A stretch of DNA of 64,000 bases, from assembly GCF_009914755.1 (NCBI RefSeq), contig NC_060929.1; one strand, given 5' to 3'. Of this stretch, positions 33,104 to 47,574 are shown piece by piece. Position numbers and translations under genes: made by a program. The number at the start of each line of letters is the position of its first letter. Position 1 is the first letter of the stretch. The DNA is from the human T2T-CHM13v2.0 reference genome, Homo sapiens. The notes beneath the pieces were generated by a model. It searched no databases and was not told the DNA's origin. It was given only the letters and a program-made list of their open reading frames with translations.

Positions 33104-33679
33104 CTAGAAAGTCTCTGTGGTGTAAATGATTCTTCTGTAAATTTGGCAGGAGCTAGAATTCATCCTCCAGATTACTTTCATCCACCTAATATATTCACTG
33201 CAGTGGACCATGACAACTCTATCAGTGTGGGGCAAAGTTTTAGGATAAATAGAAGAGTATTGTTTTGAGAAAAATACTTAGGAGACTGACTTTCTAGCAG
33301 AGCTGTCTGAGGAACTATATGAAATATTATTACAAATAGGTGCCGGTTGCCTCTGTACAACTAGTAACTGAAATTTTTAGTGTGAATTGCTGCTGAGAGT
33401 ATTTCTCTTTCCTTTCTACCTTTGGGAAACCTGTTACACAAAGTGTCAAATGTCTTTTAGTTGTTTATTACCTTTGGCAAAAGAATTTTGTACATTAATT
33501 TGTTTGTACAGTGACTTTTTGTATAGTTGTAGAGATGCTGTTTTTAGATGTTATTTGTTTTACTGGACTTACCCTCAATTTTTCCCTGTCCCCTCATCTT
33601 TCTAGTTACTAATTATAATCTTAAGCATCTATTTATCATTAAACTAGCAATTAAGTATCTAGCTTCCACAACAAAACTG

Positions 33680-33978
33680 TTTTGTTTTTTTTTTTTTTTT
33701 TGGAGACAGAATCTCACTCTGTCTCCCAGGTTGGAGTGCAGTAGCTGTAGCTGACTGCAGCCTTGACCTCCTGGGCTCAAGTGATCCTCCCACCTCAGCC
33801 TCCTGAGTAGCTGGGACCATAGGCGTGCGCTACCATGGCTGGCTAGTTTTTGTATTTTTTGTAGAGATGAGGTTTCACCATGTTGCTCAGGCTGGTCTTG
33901 AACTCTGAGCTTGAACAATCCTCCTACCTCAGCCTCTCAAAGTGCTGGGATTATCGGCATGAGCATCCATGCCCAGCC
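33680..33978 (-). mobile_element. Alu (AluJ-like)
   Basis: Poly-T, then cctcctgggctcaagtgatcctccc (J-type). Confidence 0.9.
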
Positions 33979-35019
33979 TAAGACTTCACTATTTTAAAAA
34001 AGAGACAATCTTATCAATAAATAGCTTGCTTAGAGACCTCTTTGAGCAAAGGACATTAGCATTGCTAATTTTCTTGTTTTGTATATTTGTATTTCCTTTT
34101 CCCTTTAAATTTTTTGTAAGGCAATAGCCACCTGATTGTCAACTCAATTTTAAACCTTCATATTTAAATAGCAAAACTAAATACGTTTTTTTGGTCAGCA
34201 AATTTTGGCTTAAGATGCACAGAAAACATTGTTAAAGATTTGAAGAAATAACACAGTGGGAATGTTTGAAATTCGTGCAATAAGCTTCAGATGACTGCAT
34301 TTTGCTAAATAGATTTCAATTATGTAATCCATGAAGAACTCATTTCCGATCACTTAGTAAAGAAGTATGTTCCAGAGAAAACATATTTTCAGTAGCTAAT
34401 TACTCCACTGATAAACATATTGTTATTTGGACACTGAAAACATAACCTTTGACTGAATAGCTACTTTGATTGGAATTTGCAAAGGATTTAGGGATGAGAG
34501 TGATAGATGTGAAGTTTCAGTCATTCAAGGGAAAGTTATTGCAGTAACAAAATTGAAAATGTAAGTATACAGAGTACAGCAAGTTGTTATTGTTAACTTT
34601 ATAAAAATAAAACCTTTTAATTATTATAGGATTGTAACAAATTTCTGTGAGTGACCCTGACAGTATTTTGCACCATTAAGAAGGTACTGGTTATCTTATG
34701 GCTTAGTTCTTTAAAAAGCTATCAACCTAAAGATATTCTTGGTTTTCTTTTACCTCCCCCCCCCCCCCCCCAGTTAAAAATATGCTGTGTGGTTAAGATA
34801 GTTTTAAAAAACTAAAATGAATATTTTTATCTGCCTCTCCAAGTCAAAGGTCCTTTTAGTATTGAATGGGGGGAAAATTTACTTCTTGAAAGAAGTCTGT
34901 ATATGGATGGAACACTTTGAAAACAGATGTAAACTTTACAGAGTTAGGGATATTTCTTCTGTCCTAATTATCCCGAGTGGCAGGTCAACACTTGATAAAT
35001 ATTTGAATTAATTTTTTTT

Positions 35020-35675
35020 TCAAAAAATGACATATGTCACAAATAATCCTATGTGTGACCTCACACTATATATAAAAGTTAAATTAGTGACATAAATATG
35101 AGAGCAAAACCCGTAAAACTCTTAGAAGAAAACAGCAGTAAGACTTAATAGCATTGGATTTGTTAGTGGATTCTTAGATACGACACCAAAAGCATGAGCA
35201 ATAAAAGGGATGGATAAAAAATATTCGTTGCTGTTTTATTCACAATAGCCAAAAGATAAAAACAAAAGCGTCTCCCAACAGATGAATGGATAAACAAATG
35301 TGTGTGTGTGTGTGTGTGTTTGTGTGTGTGTATGAAATGGAATATTATTCAGCCATAAAAAGGAATGAAGTTCTACAACATGGATTAACCTTGAAGACAT
35401 TATGTCAAGAATATATACTGTTGTTTCACTCATGCAATATCTAGAATAGGCAGATTCATAGAGACGGAAGTACATATTACCAAGGGTTGGAGGGAGAAGG
35501 GGATGGGTGATTATTAAGGGTTATAGAATTTCTGTTTGGGGTGATGAAAAATGTTTAGAAATAGATAGTAGTGTTGCTTATATAACATTGTGAATATAAT
35601 TAATACTATTGAATTGTACACTTAAAAATGGTTAAAATGACAATTTTTTTTATTTATCTTTTGCTACAATAAAAT
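35020..35675 (+). mobile_element. Old L1 (L1M) 3' fragments with an internal (TG)n
   Basis: aaactcttagaagaaaac...gatgaatggataaacaaatg...tgaattgtacacttaaaaatggttaaaatg. Confidence 0.7.
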
Positions 35676-35761
35676 ACTAAAACTTGTGTGTGCACACAAT
35701 CTTGGAAATAGAATTTTCTAATGTGTTTAAAAATCTTAGATTGAGTGAATTTTGGGGGATA

Positions 35762-36052
35762 CTTTGGCCCTCTGTGTCTGCAGGTTCCACATCTAAAGAT
35801 TCAACCAACCATGGCTTGAAATTATTTGAAAAAATAATAATACAACAATAAAAATAATACAAATTTTAAAAATACAATATAACTTTATATTGTATTAGCT
35901 ATTATGAGTAATCTTGAGATGATTTATAGAATAAGGGGGGTTATGTGTTGTTTATATGCAAATACTATGCCATTTTATATAAGGGACTTGAGCATTTGCA
36001 GATTTTGGTATCCTGGAAGGGCTGAAGGGAGACCCTGAAACCAATTCCCTAT
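35762..36052. mobile_element. MER2-like Tigger DNA transposon
   Basis: ggccctctgtgtctgcaggttccacatc...gattcaaccaacc...aagggacttgagcatttgcagattttggtatcc. Confidence 0.7.
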
Positions 36053-36598
36053 TGTTAAACATACTGAGTTGCAAATCCTGATGAGGTTGCAAGAAAAATT
36101 GATGGAATAACTGAGGAAGGAAATTAACTAGCCAGATGTCAGCAAAAACTTTTGCATGATTGGTAGAACAAATTCAGATTTTAGTATTGATGTGATTCAG
36201 AACTGCATTCATTTGGACTTTTGTTTATAGTTTTTAATGGCTGTTATCACAATATATAAATGAGAATGCCACTGTATTATAATTTTTAAAAAGATTATAT
36301 TCTCTTTCTCTTAGTAAAAATATGAAAATTTTGGTAGATCATAAAAGTACAAAAATATGTACATTTAGAATTTTTCAAGTGTTTTATTTTTAAATTATAT
36401 TTTTGTGTATGTTTAATTTTAAGTAATATCAATGGAATAGTATATGTAATTTATAAGTAAATATGAATATGGAATGCTGAAGAATTTTTGTTAAGAGTGT
36501 CTATAGAAGCTGTCAATTTGGAGGACAGTTTTATCACTTCAGAAAACATTTTGTTGAAAATAATATATCTGTAAAGTTATATTGACCCTATATTTTAG

Positions 36599-36706
<108 letters not shown>

Positions 36707-36901
36707 TAAGTATCTTTTTAATTCAATAATTTAGTTCATTTAGAAAATGTTAATTTTGAAAGCTTGTCCTAATTTTTGGAGACTGTTTCTCATATAGTCT
36801 CTTGTAATGGAAATATAAGAACGAAAAGAATCACACAAAGCATCTGGGTTTTAAATTGATAATCTATTAACAATTTTTTATTGATCTTTATATGTCTCTT
36901 T

Positions 36902-36970
36902 ACATACATGCATATATATATATATACACACACACACACATATATGTATGTATATGTATATATGTATACA
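36902..36970. repeat. Compound (TA)n(CA)n(TATG)n microsatellite
   Basis: Seen directly in the sequence. Confidence 0.85.
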
Positions 36971-37273
36971 CTCTGGCTTCTCATTTAAGTTTGTAAACTT
37001 TTTCCTATCCCTCCAGCTGTTGCTGAGCAGAGTTCCCAAATGTCAGACCCATCACCTCCTAAACTATGTCATTATAATGTGCTGAGGAAGAGTGTTTTAT
37101 CGCTGTTTAGGCTTGTTCCCCTTCCAAACAAATTTTGCAGTTAATCATTTGGTTCATTCATTAAGTTATTTACATTTCTTTTATTTAAATGTACTTATAT
37201 GTTTTGTTTTTCTACCACTATGAAGAGTTAAGTTTGAGTTCACTGTAACTTCCGTTTTTTGCGTTGTCTAGTG

Positions 37274-37742
37274 CAGCAGTCCCCAACCTTTTTGGCACCA
37301 GGGACCAGTTTCATGGAAGACAATTTTTCCACAGACATGGGTAGTGGTGGGGTCTGTGGTTTCAGGATGATTCAAGCGCATTACATTTATTGTGGACTTT
37401 ATTTATATTATTATTACATATTCACCGTAATGTAGACTCAGTGGGAGTCCTGAGCTTGTTTTTCTCCAACTAGGCAGTCCCGTCTGGGGGTGATGGGAGA
37501 CAATTGACGATCATCAGGCATTAAATTCTCATAAGGAGCGCACAACCTAGATTCCTCACATGCGCAGTTCATAATAAAGTTTGCACTCCTTTGAGCAATT
37601 GGTGCCGCTGCTGATCTGATGAGGTGTACTTCAGGTGGTAATGCTCACCTGCCCATGGCTCACCTTCTGCTGTGCAGCCCACCCAGTTCCTAACAAGCCT
37701 GGCTCATTACTGGTCCATGACCCAGGTATTGGGGACCCTTGG
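37274..37742. mobile_element. MER1A-like (hAT-Charlie)
   Basis: cagcagtccccaacctttttggcaccagggaccagtttcatggaagacaatttttcc ... ttggggacccttg terminal inverted repeats. Confidence 0.8.
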
Positions 37743-39669
37743 TATAGTGCGTTCTTTTTTATTCTTTGCTACTTTGTCTTTCTGGTTGTGTTCTGTTTGT
37801 GGATTTTGTGGATGTTTAATGTAATCTACCACATACTTTTTGTTTAATAACAATAAAACTTTTTTTTTGTTTTTGCCAGATTTTCTTCTTAATCTTGAAA
37901 AGTACTTCTTTTCCTACTATTCTAAGATTTGCCTAACCTATTTATCTTGTTTATACTGAAGATAAGCATTCCCTCTCCACTATGCCATACTTGATTTGAG
38001 GAGTAGTTTTTTTCTCATCCTAAGCACTGATGAAATAGAACTGTCTGCTTCCTCTTATAATTGTCCTTTAAAAAAAACTTTTATTTACAAAGTAGCTTTA
38101 AGATTAAAGTTTAAGTCCTATTTTCTCCATGAATTTTGATCTGATCACCCTTTTTTCTCACTGGAGTTACTTCCTTACTGGAACTCCTGTTGTATCTTTG
38201 GCTATAACCACATATATTTGCCTGTCTCACATATGATGGTTTTATTAGTGACATTTGAAAAGTCTTTGAGGAAGCAGCTGGATCTCATACTCTACTTTTT
38301 AAAGGATCTCTTTATATGGATTAGTAATATATATGATAAACAAGATTTACCAACTAATCGTTAAATGCTTTTAGTAAAATTAAAACTGCTGATGTGTTGT
38401 ATGTTGTTACTACTGCTGAGTTTTGGTTTTATTAATGTTTTTGTAAGCAAAACCTCATTGTGGCTTTCTAATTTTGTATTCTGTGTATATAGGGATTAGG
38501 GACAGAAAGATTAATGTGGTCCATGAGCCATGAAACCCTATGCTTTTTCCCTCTCAAGACCTAAGAACAGTGAGATGACGTAATTATCCTAAAAAATAGA
38601 AAAAGTGACATTTTTTACAAATTCTTTCATACACCTGTCACATTATTAGTTGTAGTTGCTCATAATGGAACACTGGAAGGGGTCTTTCTGACTCTGACTT
38701 TCTAGGGATTAAAGTGAGTGAGTGTTCTGAAAGTTGAGTATTAGTCTAAACATTATTCCTGTACATTAGGCAGCAGTTAAAGAATAGGTAAAATACTGCT
38801 TTCTGGTTTTAGAACCATGTAAATTAATAGCAGTTTCACAGCAGTGACACTGCTCATTCTTTATCTTGTTGCACTTCCACTGATGTTTTAGCTGTGATTT
38901 TTAAATACCTTGTGCAATTTAAGTATGCTTTATATATTGTGTTTTTATTAATAGTATATAAGATCTGAAGCTGCAAATCAATTTTTATAGCTTATAACAA
39001 AAACATTTATTTGTTTTAATCCACAGTAAACTTGGGGAGCTATATTCCCTGGCTTTAAAGAAATTGATTTTGATTTAGTCGATTTATTAAACAATTTTTA
39101 AAATGCTTATAGTTATTTTTTCTCTAGTATTAATTATATCTTTCAAGATACAGCTGAGAAAGATTAACATGCCTATTAAATTTATTTCTCCAGTGACTTT
39201 GTTAACTTTAGCTCATCATAGGAATGTGGCCAAATTGTCTCTCCATGATTTAAAAACAACAAAAGACCTTTTATAACCATATATTATATCCTGAACACAT
39301 TCTTCCATTTGTCAGTAAGAGTAATAATTTGACTGTTTTATTGGATTTTAGCCTTTTTGATTTCATATAGCTGTATCTTAATATATCATTGTTTTTAATA
39401 TGTCTACATTGAATACTTATTACTTGTGCAATGAAAAATAATAATTAAAGATGAAAGTTAAGCCTGTTACCACTTTCAGAGAACAACGTGACGTTTTGGA
39501 ATTTAAAATTTTTTCAGTAGATTTGAGAAAAACTTGGGTTAAAATGAAGATTTATGCTCAGAACTGAGATTCCAGGGTTTAAGTCTGGTTTTAAAGCTGT
39601 CTTCAAGATTTTAATGTATTTTCTGTGTGTATAGGATGCTCTCATTTCTGTTTTTAAAAATGAAAGGGA

Positions 39670-40029
<360 letters not shown>

Positions 40030-40504
40030 TTAAAATTATGTTAAAATTCCCTCAGTCTTTTCAAAAAGAATTTCTTCATATCCTGCAACCTGCTATCATT
40101 CGCAGTAGCATCAAGGTTTTTGTGTGTGTGTCTTCATGTATTTCTCTTGGTTTTAATGGTATAAGCCCAAATATAAATATAGCGGGATTCTGAAAGTAGT
40201 TTTTCTATAATTTAACTTAGTAGGATAAAAATACTGCTGCTGCTTTAAACCGCTGCTGTAGGTATAATGTCAGTACAACAAAGATCTAAAAAGTAGTTTT
40301 CAAGGGTATTACAGAAGAGAATGTTGTGGAATTTGAAACTAACATACATATCTCAACAAGTGATTTTCAAAGCATGTTTTAAAAATCAGACGTTTAAAGC
40401 CGAAAGTAATTTTAGAGATCATCTATTATTTATTTTAAAGAGGATAACACAAATTTTTGTGATTTTTTTTTTGGTTTTTTCATTTTTTGTTTTTTTGTTC
40501 TTAG

Positions 40505-40584
40505 TGATGCTTTTGACATACAATATGGAGTAGTGGTTATTCGCCTAAAAGAAGGTCTGGATATATCTCATCTTCAAGGACAAG
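40505..40584 (+). CDS. SLC12A2: SLC12A2 exon 19 (80 nt)
   Basis: Long poly-pyrimidine tract, acceptor ttcttag|, reads (H)[26 protein letters not shown](E), donor |gtaaat. Confidence 0.96.
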
Positions 40585-41039
40585 GTAAATTTTGTTGGCA
40601 ATAAGTTTTTTATTTACAAAAATATAAACTACTTTGTTAGAAAATTATATTCTCACAAACTGGGCTCTTCGTTACTTTTAATAATTATGTATCGTGGACT
40701 TATTGTATGGCATTTTAAGATCACATCTGTTTGGCTCCACTAAAGTTTGTGTTTTCTCGTTGTACCAACCTGGATGATGGTTAGTGATTATTTGGATTGA
40801 ATAAAATTCAATCCAAAGCATAAGCTTAAGAGAAACAGACATTAGTTATGTCTTTAAAAAACCTGGCCAACAGACAAACCTAAGTAAAATAGCCTGAGGA
40901 AAAATTTTTAAATGACCACTAAATCATTAGACATTTTCATATTTATGAAAGTATGCTTTGTACAGAGTCATATTGATAGAAGCCTAAAGTTTGTCATAAC
41001 GTTTTCTATCTTCAGCAGACCTAATAAATTTTTTAAAAA

Positions 41040-41440
41040 CATTTTTTAATTTAAAAATATTTATAGATTCACAAGAAGTTGCAAAAAATAGTAGAGAGGT
41101 CCTCTGTACCTTTCATCCAGTTTCCCCCAATGATAACATCTTGCCTTATCCTAAGGTACTATATCCAAGCCAGGAAATTGACATTAGAACAATCCACAGA
41201 CCTTTTTCAGATTTCAGCAGTTTACAAAGACTTGTATGTGGTTGTGTAGTTGTGTGCCACTTATGTGTTCATTTGTGTAACCACCATTGCAATAAAGATA
41301 CAGAACTGTTCTGTCACTACAGAGGTCTCCCTATGTGTTCCCCCTTTCTACTTCCCACTATGTACTTTGTCTCCAATCATTACTGTATAATTTTGACATG
41401 TCAAGAATGGTATGTAAATAATAATATAGTGTGTAACTTT
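41040..41440 (-). mobile_element. Old L1 (L1MB/L1MC-like) 3' end
   Basis: tagattcacaagaagttgcaaaaaatagtagagaggtcc...cagtttcccccaatgataacatcttg. Confidence 0.65.
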
Positions 41441-41516
41441 TAAAGCATTTTTGAAAGTGAAGATTAAAGCCTAAGTAAGGTATAATTACTACTTTTGCCA
41501 ACTTTATAAAAACTAT

Positions 41517-41826
<310 letters not shown>

Positions 41827-42374
41827 AACTGTGAAGATTTTTATATCCTTTGAAGATTTTCTGATACTTTAAGAAATTATAAGCTTAAGAAAATTTACAT
41901 ATATAACATATTACCCCTATCAATTAATTAACCAAATCATCAGAATGAGCTAAGCCTAAATACGTAAGAGGTATCTGCTTCTGTATTTAAACTGTTTTAA
42001 TCTTCCCTCTCTTTACCCCTTTAAGGGCAGTCTGCAGTTTTGAAAAAAGCAATTTGAGGTCTTTATCCATGTAACCAAATATGCATTTTCAGCAATCTGG
42101 AGTAGGTTTGGCAAAATACTATTTCAATTATTTCTTGCTCTACCAGAATTGAGGTTTAGAGTGCCTAACTTATACCTGTTAACTCAACATAAATAGTAGT
42201 GTTCCCTTTCACGTATCAGTTTGATGAATAAATTATATAGTTCTATCATTTACTGAAGTTTGAATGTGATTGAAACTTTTAAAAAGTATTTTCATGTATT
42301 TATAATCATTGTGAAATGTTTTTGAATGCCTTATTATTCATCATTAAGTTTTAAAACAGGAATTTGGGAATAGG

Positions 42375-42580
42375 AATTAAGAGCATAGGCATTGGAGTCA
42401 GGCAAATCTGCTTTAAAAATATCAGCCTTTTCTGTTAGATGTTTTGTAGCCTAGGCAAATTTGATGACTTCCAAGCCTCAGTTTCCTTATCTGTTAAAAT
42501 GTATTTACCTTACAGGTTGGTTGTTAAGATTAAAAAGAAGATTAAGGCCTGCGAGCTCTTAGCATAGTGCTGGCATGTAG
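42375..42580 (+). mobile_element. MIR
   Basis: Core gcctcagtttccttatctgttaaaatg ... gttgttaagattaaa ... tagcatagtgctggcatgtag. Confidence 0.7.
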
Positions 42581-42983
42581 CTTCTTTTGTTTCTCTTCAT
42601 TTACGCAAATAAGTGATGAGGATTATGGACATACTATCAATTTTATATTATATTTGTCTTTGTGATACATGTTTGTATGGTGGAAACTAAATCTTTACTA
42701 ACTCTGACAAAGAGAAAATGAAGAAAAACTACTTTAAAATGGAGAAATGGTACTTTCACCATGAACTTAGGAAGACTCCATTTGGTGGTCTTGGTTTTAT
42801 AGAGTGGGTAGAGTTTTTCAGTGTTGTCTGTCATCTTACGTATCTATGGACAGTTGTTACATTTTACATTTTTTATGTAATTGATTTAGAGAGAATTGAT
42901 TCACATACTATGTATTACTGTCTACCAGATTCTACTGTCCTATGACTTGTACTCATTACTGATTCTCCAGCTCGTAATTCAAA

Positions 42984-43193
42984 TACAGTTTGTGTATCTA
43001 TATCCAAAATGCTTGGAACCTGAAGAGTTTCAGAATTTGGACGGGGAGAGGTTGATTTTGGAATATTTGCATTACATAGTACTTACCAGTTGAGCATCTC
43101 TGATCCAGAAATCCCAAATCTGAAATGCTCCATTGAGCATCATGTTAGGCATGTAAAAAGTTTCAGACTTTCAGATCAGGATATTCAACCTGT
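42984..43193. mobile_element. Tigger4a/MER46-like
   Basis: tacagtttgtgtatctatatccaaaatgcttgg ... ggatattcaacctgta, TA-flanked; related to the copy at 52750. Confidence 0.7.
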
Positions 43194-43378
43194 AACCTAG
43201 TTGTGGTTTATGTATTTAAATGAATAGTCATTTCAAACAGATTATCATAGTTGTTTAAATAAGAAGCCATTTATAATAAACTTATTTTTTCATAATAGTT
43301 TAATTACTAAACCATAATGCCTTATTTAACAGTTAAAATATGACTTAGATACTATTTTAAATAATTTTCTGTCTACAG

Positions 43379-43504
43379 AAGAATTATTGTCATCACAAGA
43401 GAAATCTCCTGGCACCAAGGATGTGGTAGTAAGTGTGGAATATAGTAAAAAGTCCGATTTAGATACTTCCAAACCACTCAGTGAAAAACCAATTACACAC
43501 AAAG
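43379..43504 (+). CDS. SLC12A2: SLC12A2 exon 20 (126 nt)
   Basis: Acceptor gtctacag|, reads (E)[41 protein letters not shown](V), donor |gtaatt. Confidence 0.95.
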
Positions 43505-45942
43505 GTAATTTTCATTCAAACAATAAGTCTTATTAATAGTAATGTTTTAATTTGGGAGAAATATTTTTAATTATATAATATGTCTTATAAAAATAACCTG
43601 TTCTCAAACTTGTACTGGTCATTTCTAGCTGGTCAGGTAAAATTTATGGCTTTCAAAAATGGCTACAAAATGACTAGCTGTGTAAGGTATTAGAGTAGAT
43701 CATCAAACAGAAACCATGCTAGTTATTTACTAATATGGCTTCTGTGTTTTTATTTATAGTTGCTTTAAATAAAACATTTTAATTTGAAGCATAAGTTAAA
43801 TCTGAATTTGGAAAGAACATGGTAATTTTAAAGTAACAAACTCATGACTTTCACATAATTTCATCCACAAATCTGTGTCATGTTTGAGAAGAAAAGAGGG
43901 ATGACTTCCAAATCTTACTCTCCCACCCTCACTCTCCTACCTCTGTTCAGTCTAGTATCTCCATCTGTCCTATTCCCAGCTGACACGCAACAAGAAAATA
44001 ATCTGCGCTGTGAATCATCAAACTGTAACATACTTTTGATTCCTGCAAAATATTTCCCATTCTTTTTCTGAAATTGTAACCTTGGACCAATCATGTCTCT
44101 GTACAGTTTATCTCTTCTATATTATTTAGAAGCAGTAATGTTGCTTTTTATTTCTTTCCTTCTCATTTACCTTGTTGGCTTAGAGTATTAGTAAAGTTTA
44201 GTTCACACCCATTTTCCTTTTCAGTTCTTTGCTGACTTGATTATAATTTATTTTGTTTTTCCTCAAAATTCTATAAACTGATTCTGATAACTGTTCCTAT
44301 ATTCCAGCATTTATTTTAGTTTACACTATACATTCTTTCATTTCCTCTTTTTTGTTTTTTTCTTTTGCTTCAAACATTCTTTTTCTACAGAATCTGTTGG
44401 GAATTAATAGGTGAAGTTTAATGGGAGGGTAAGAAGAAATACATATCAAGCATCTACTCCGTGCACCCAACATTATAATGGATGTTACCCATACATTAGC
44501 TAATTAATATATGTTACGATCTTATGAAATCATTATTTTTATAGAACAGGAAACTGGGTCAGTACATTTCTACTTACCTTTTTATTGTAAAAATCTAAAT
44601 GCCTTTAACTTACTTTATAATTGTTAAATGTCAAGATTTCCTTGACATTTCTGAGATCTTTTAAACAAATGCAGCATATCCGTAGTTATAATTTTTATTA
44701 TCAAAGACAAATGCCATTAAATGTCTGCTTTATAAGAACAATATTGAATGCTATAATATTAAATCTAATGATTCTTTTTCCATTACAAGTTTAAGAAATT
44801 AGTGTTTGCTTTATTTTGTGTTTATTTTCTGTTTAGTCAGTTATTCTCAGTCAACAGTGTAGATACTATAGAAACGTTTATACATTTTAAAAAGTCTTCA
44901 GAATTAGAGACATTAGTGTGTAGTTGTTATAAATCCACAGTATTTAGCTGTGTCTATCTTGGTTATTGAAGCATACATCATGCAAGAAGTCAAAAAGAAC
45001 ACCCTTCAAATACTTTCTGCCAGGCCCAGAGTTCAGTGCATTAATACTTGCATTAGTATAACAAGCTTAAGAGGTAGGTACTAATACCTCTTTCGACAAA
45101 TGAGAAAAGCAAGTTCAGTAATGAAAGTTTACTCAGCTGTTTTAACTCCTGGGAATATAAATGTAGAGGTAAGATTGCAATCTTGCAGCCTAACTCCAGA
45201 GCCCACTGTAGTATACTCTTTCCTAAGTCCAGAGTTTTATATGCCATAAACAAATATTTTAATACAAGCTTGTATTAAGGGAACAAAATGAGATTAGGAA
45301 AATTGTTAATGCCAGATATATTTGTAGATATTTTTAAATATAAATGGATAAATATTAATGCACACGTATATACATACATATATAAATTTATATATGTGAG
45401 AAAAATCACTCCTGTATAACCTGGCATTTTATATAAAGCAAAATACTTATGTCTCTGATCAAATTTCTTAATATTTCAAGTGTGATTAATTTTTTACAAA
45501 CAACAAATATCCATTAAATGTTTCTAAAATTGCTGTTCAGTTATTTGCACAGTGATGGCATGTTTAAAATTTATGTATTATCTGCAATATCAATGTTTAA
45601 TGTCATATTTATACCTATAAGCCACAGTTCAACATCTTCTCAACTTATTTCAAGTATGAAAGTGTAAACATTTTAAAAATATGCTGAAATTTAAAAAGTA
45701 ATTTTACAGAAATTAAATTTAGGGGTGTTAGTCATCCTGTAGGGGAGGGGTCTCAAATATGTTTGCTTTTTAAAAGCTTCAACACTCAGTGCAGAAAATA
45801 TTAATCTTCAGTCTTGATTATTTTTCAGTGGACTGCTGCTTCATATTATATTTTGTTTATAAATGTGCTCTGATTACATTTTTATTATTTTATTAATATA
45901 AAGGCAATTAACATATTTTTGTGTTTTTTAAACATAATCTAG

Positions 45943-45990
45943 TTGAGGAAGAGGATGGCAAGACTGCAACTCAACCACTGTTGAAAAAAG
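45943..45990 (+). CDS. SLC12A2: SLC12A2 alternative exon 21 (48 nt; included in NKCC1a, skipped in NKCC1b), GC donor
   Basis: Acceptor aatctag|, reads (V)EEEDGKTATQPLLKK(E), followed by |gcaggc. It is a 48-nt phase 1-1 symmetric exon matching the known 16-aa cassette with a dileucine motif. Confidence 0.93.
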
Positions 45991-47301
45991 GCAGGCATTT
46001 TTCATCATTTTATTTTAAACCCTTTTTCATACTGTAAACTCTTTAACTCCAACCTTATTCCCTTTTTTTTAACCTTGGTTTTTATTTCCATGGTGAGGTA
46101 ATGTTACAGTTCTATAAATGCAGATTAGAAAAATTATTATTAGTCTAACTAAAAAGTTAAATATTCTCAGGAAATGGAGTTATATCACAAATTCTTTTCT
46201 ATTATCACAGCATTTCTGAAATATTAGACCCAGACAGCCGGTATTAATTTTTTTTAATTTAAACTGCATGGTTTAGATGATAAGTAGGGACACTGAAATA
46301 GGTTTTATTTGCAGTGTCACTTGCATTCTTTACCATCAGTTGTACCCAGCCAAGTCCTCAATTTTGATACTAATGTATTTTTCATTTCAAAAATTACAAT
46401 ATTTCTCACAGTCGTGCTGCGTTTGGGAGATACACAGTCATGTCAACATACATGAATTTTATGAGAAGGAGATAGAGGTGAGAGTTATGGAGCAGTGTGG
46501 TTTGGTAGCCATATTATTTCATCGTGCAAAATCATTTGTCATGTTTGCATATATCACAGCAGCATGAAAAGTGACATTCTACAGAAGTGATCAGATGTCC
46601 TCGTATGGATTTCTGCTTTTAAAATTTTGGTGTAGGAGTTTCATGATAGTCATTTGCTTGCTCACAGAATCAATGCTGTTTTTTGTTTTGTTTTAACTCC
46701 TGGGAATATAAATGGGAACTCCTTGGTGTATTGTTCTCAGACCTGCAGCAGATGGGTGCCCTTTGAAGGAGCTCCCACCATCTTTCTGTGGTTCAGAGAA
46801 AGATGTGGTTATATGGCTTTAGAATTGGGTGCCACATATTGGGGACAAAACATAGGTAAAAATGAGAAGTCTTTCCTTAGACTAAGGTTTCACTGTGATA
46901 ATTGTAAGAATGTGTTAGTATGTCTTCAACTCCCATCTTTCATTTATATTGCAGATAACAACTTTGTCTTTTAAAAAGTTTTGAGCTTTAAATTATTGAG
47001 ATACCAGATTACCAAAGAAATAGTTTCACAGAACAGGTATAAACTTGATTTGTCCAGTTTGACTAAAACAGCTTTTCAAAACAAAATCTAGCAGCTCACT
47101 GTAATTTTTTTTATTGTTATTTATGATTCTCTTACATTCATTCAGAATGCTTGAAAATATTAGTAAGTAGGCAGATAATTTGGATTGGTTTAGCTATTGT
47201 AAAGAGTTATTTCTCTCTAGCCATTTATAAAGTATACTTTTATTATAAACAACTGAAAGTTTATGGTAGATGCCGTATACAATTGTCTGAATTATCTGTA
47301 G

Positions 47302-47574
<273 letters not shown>

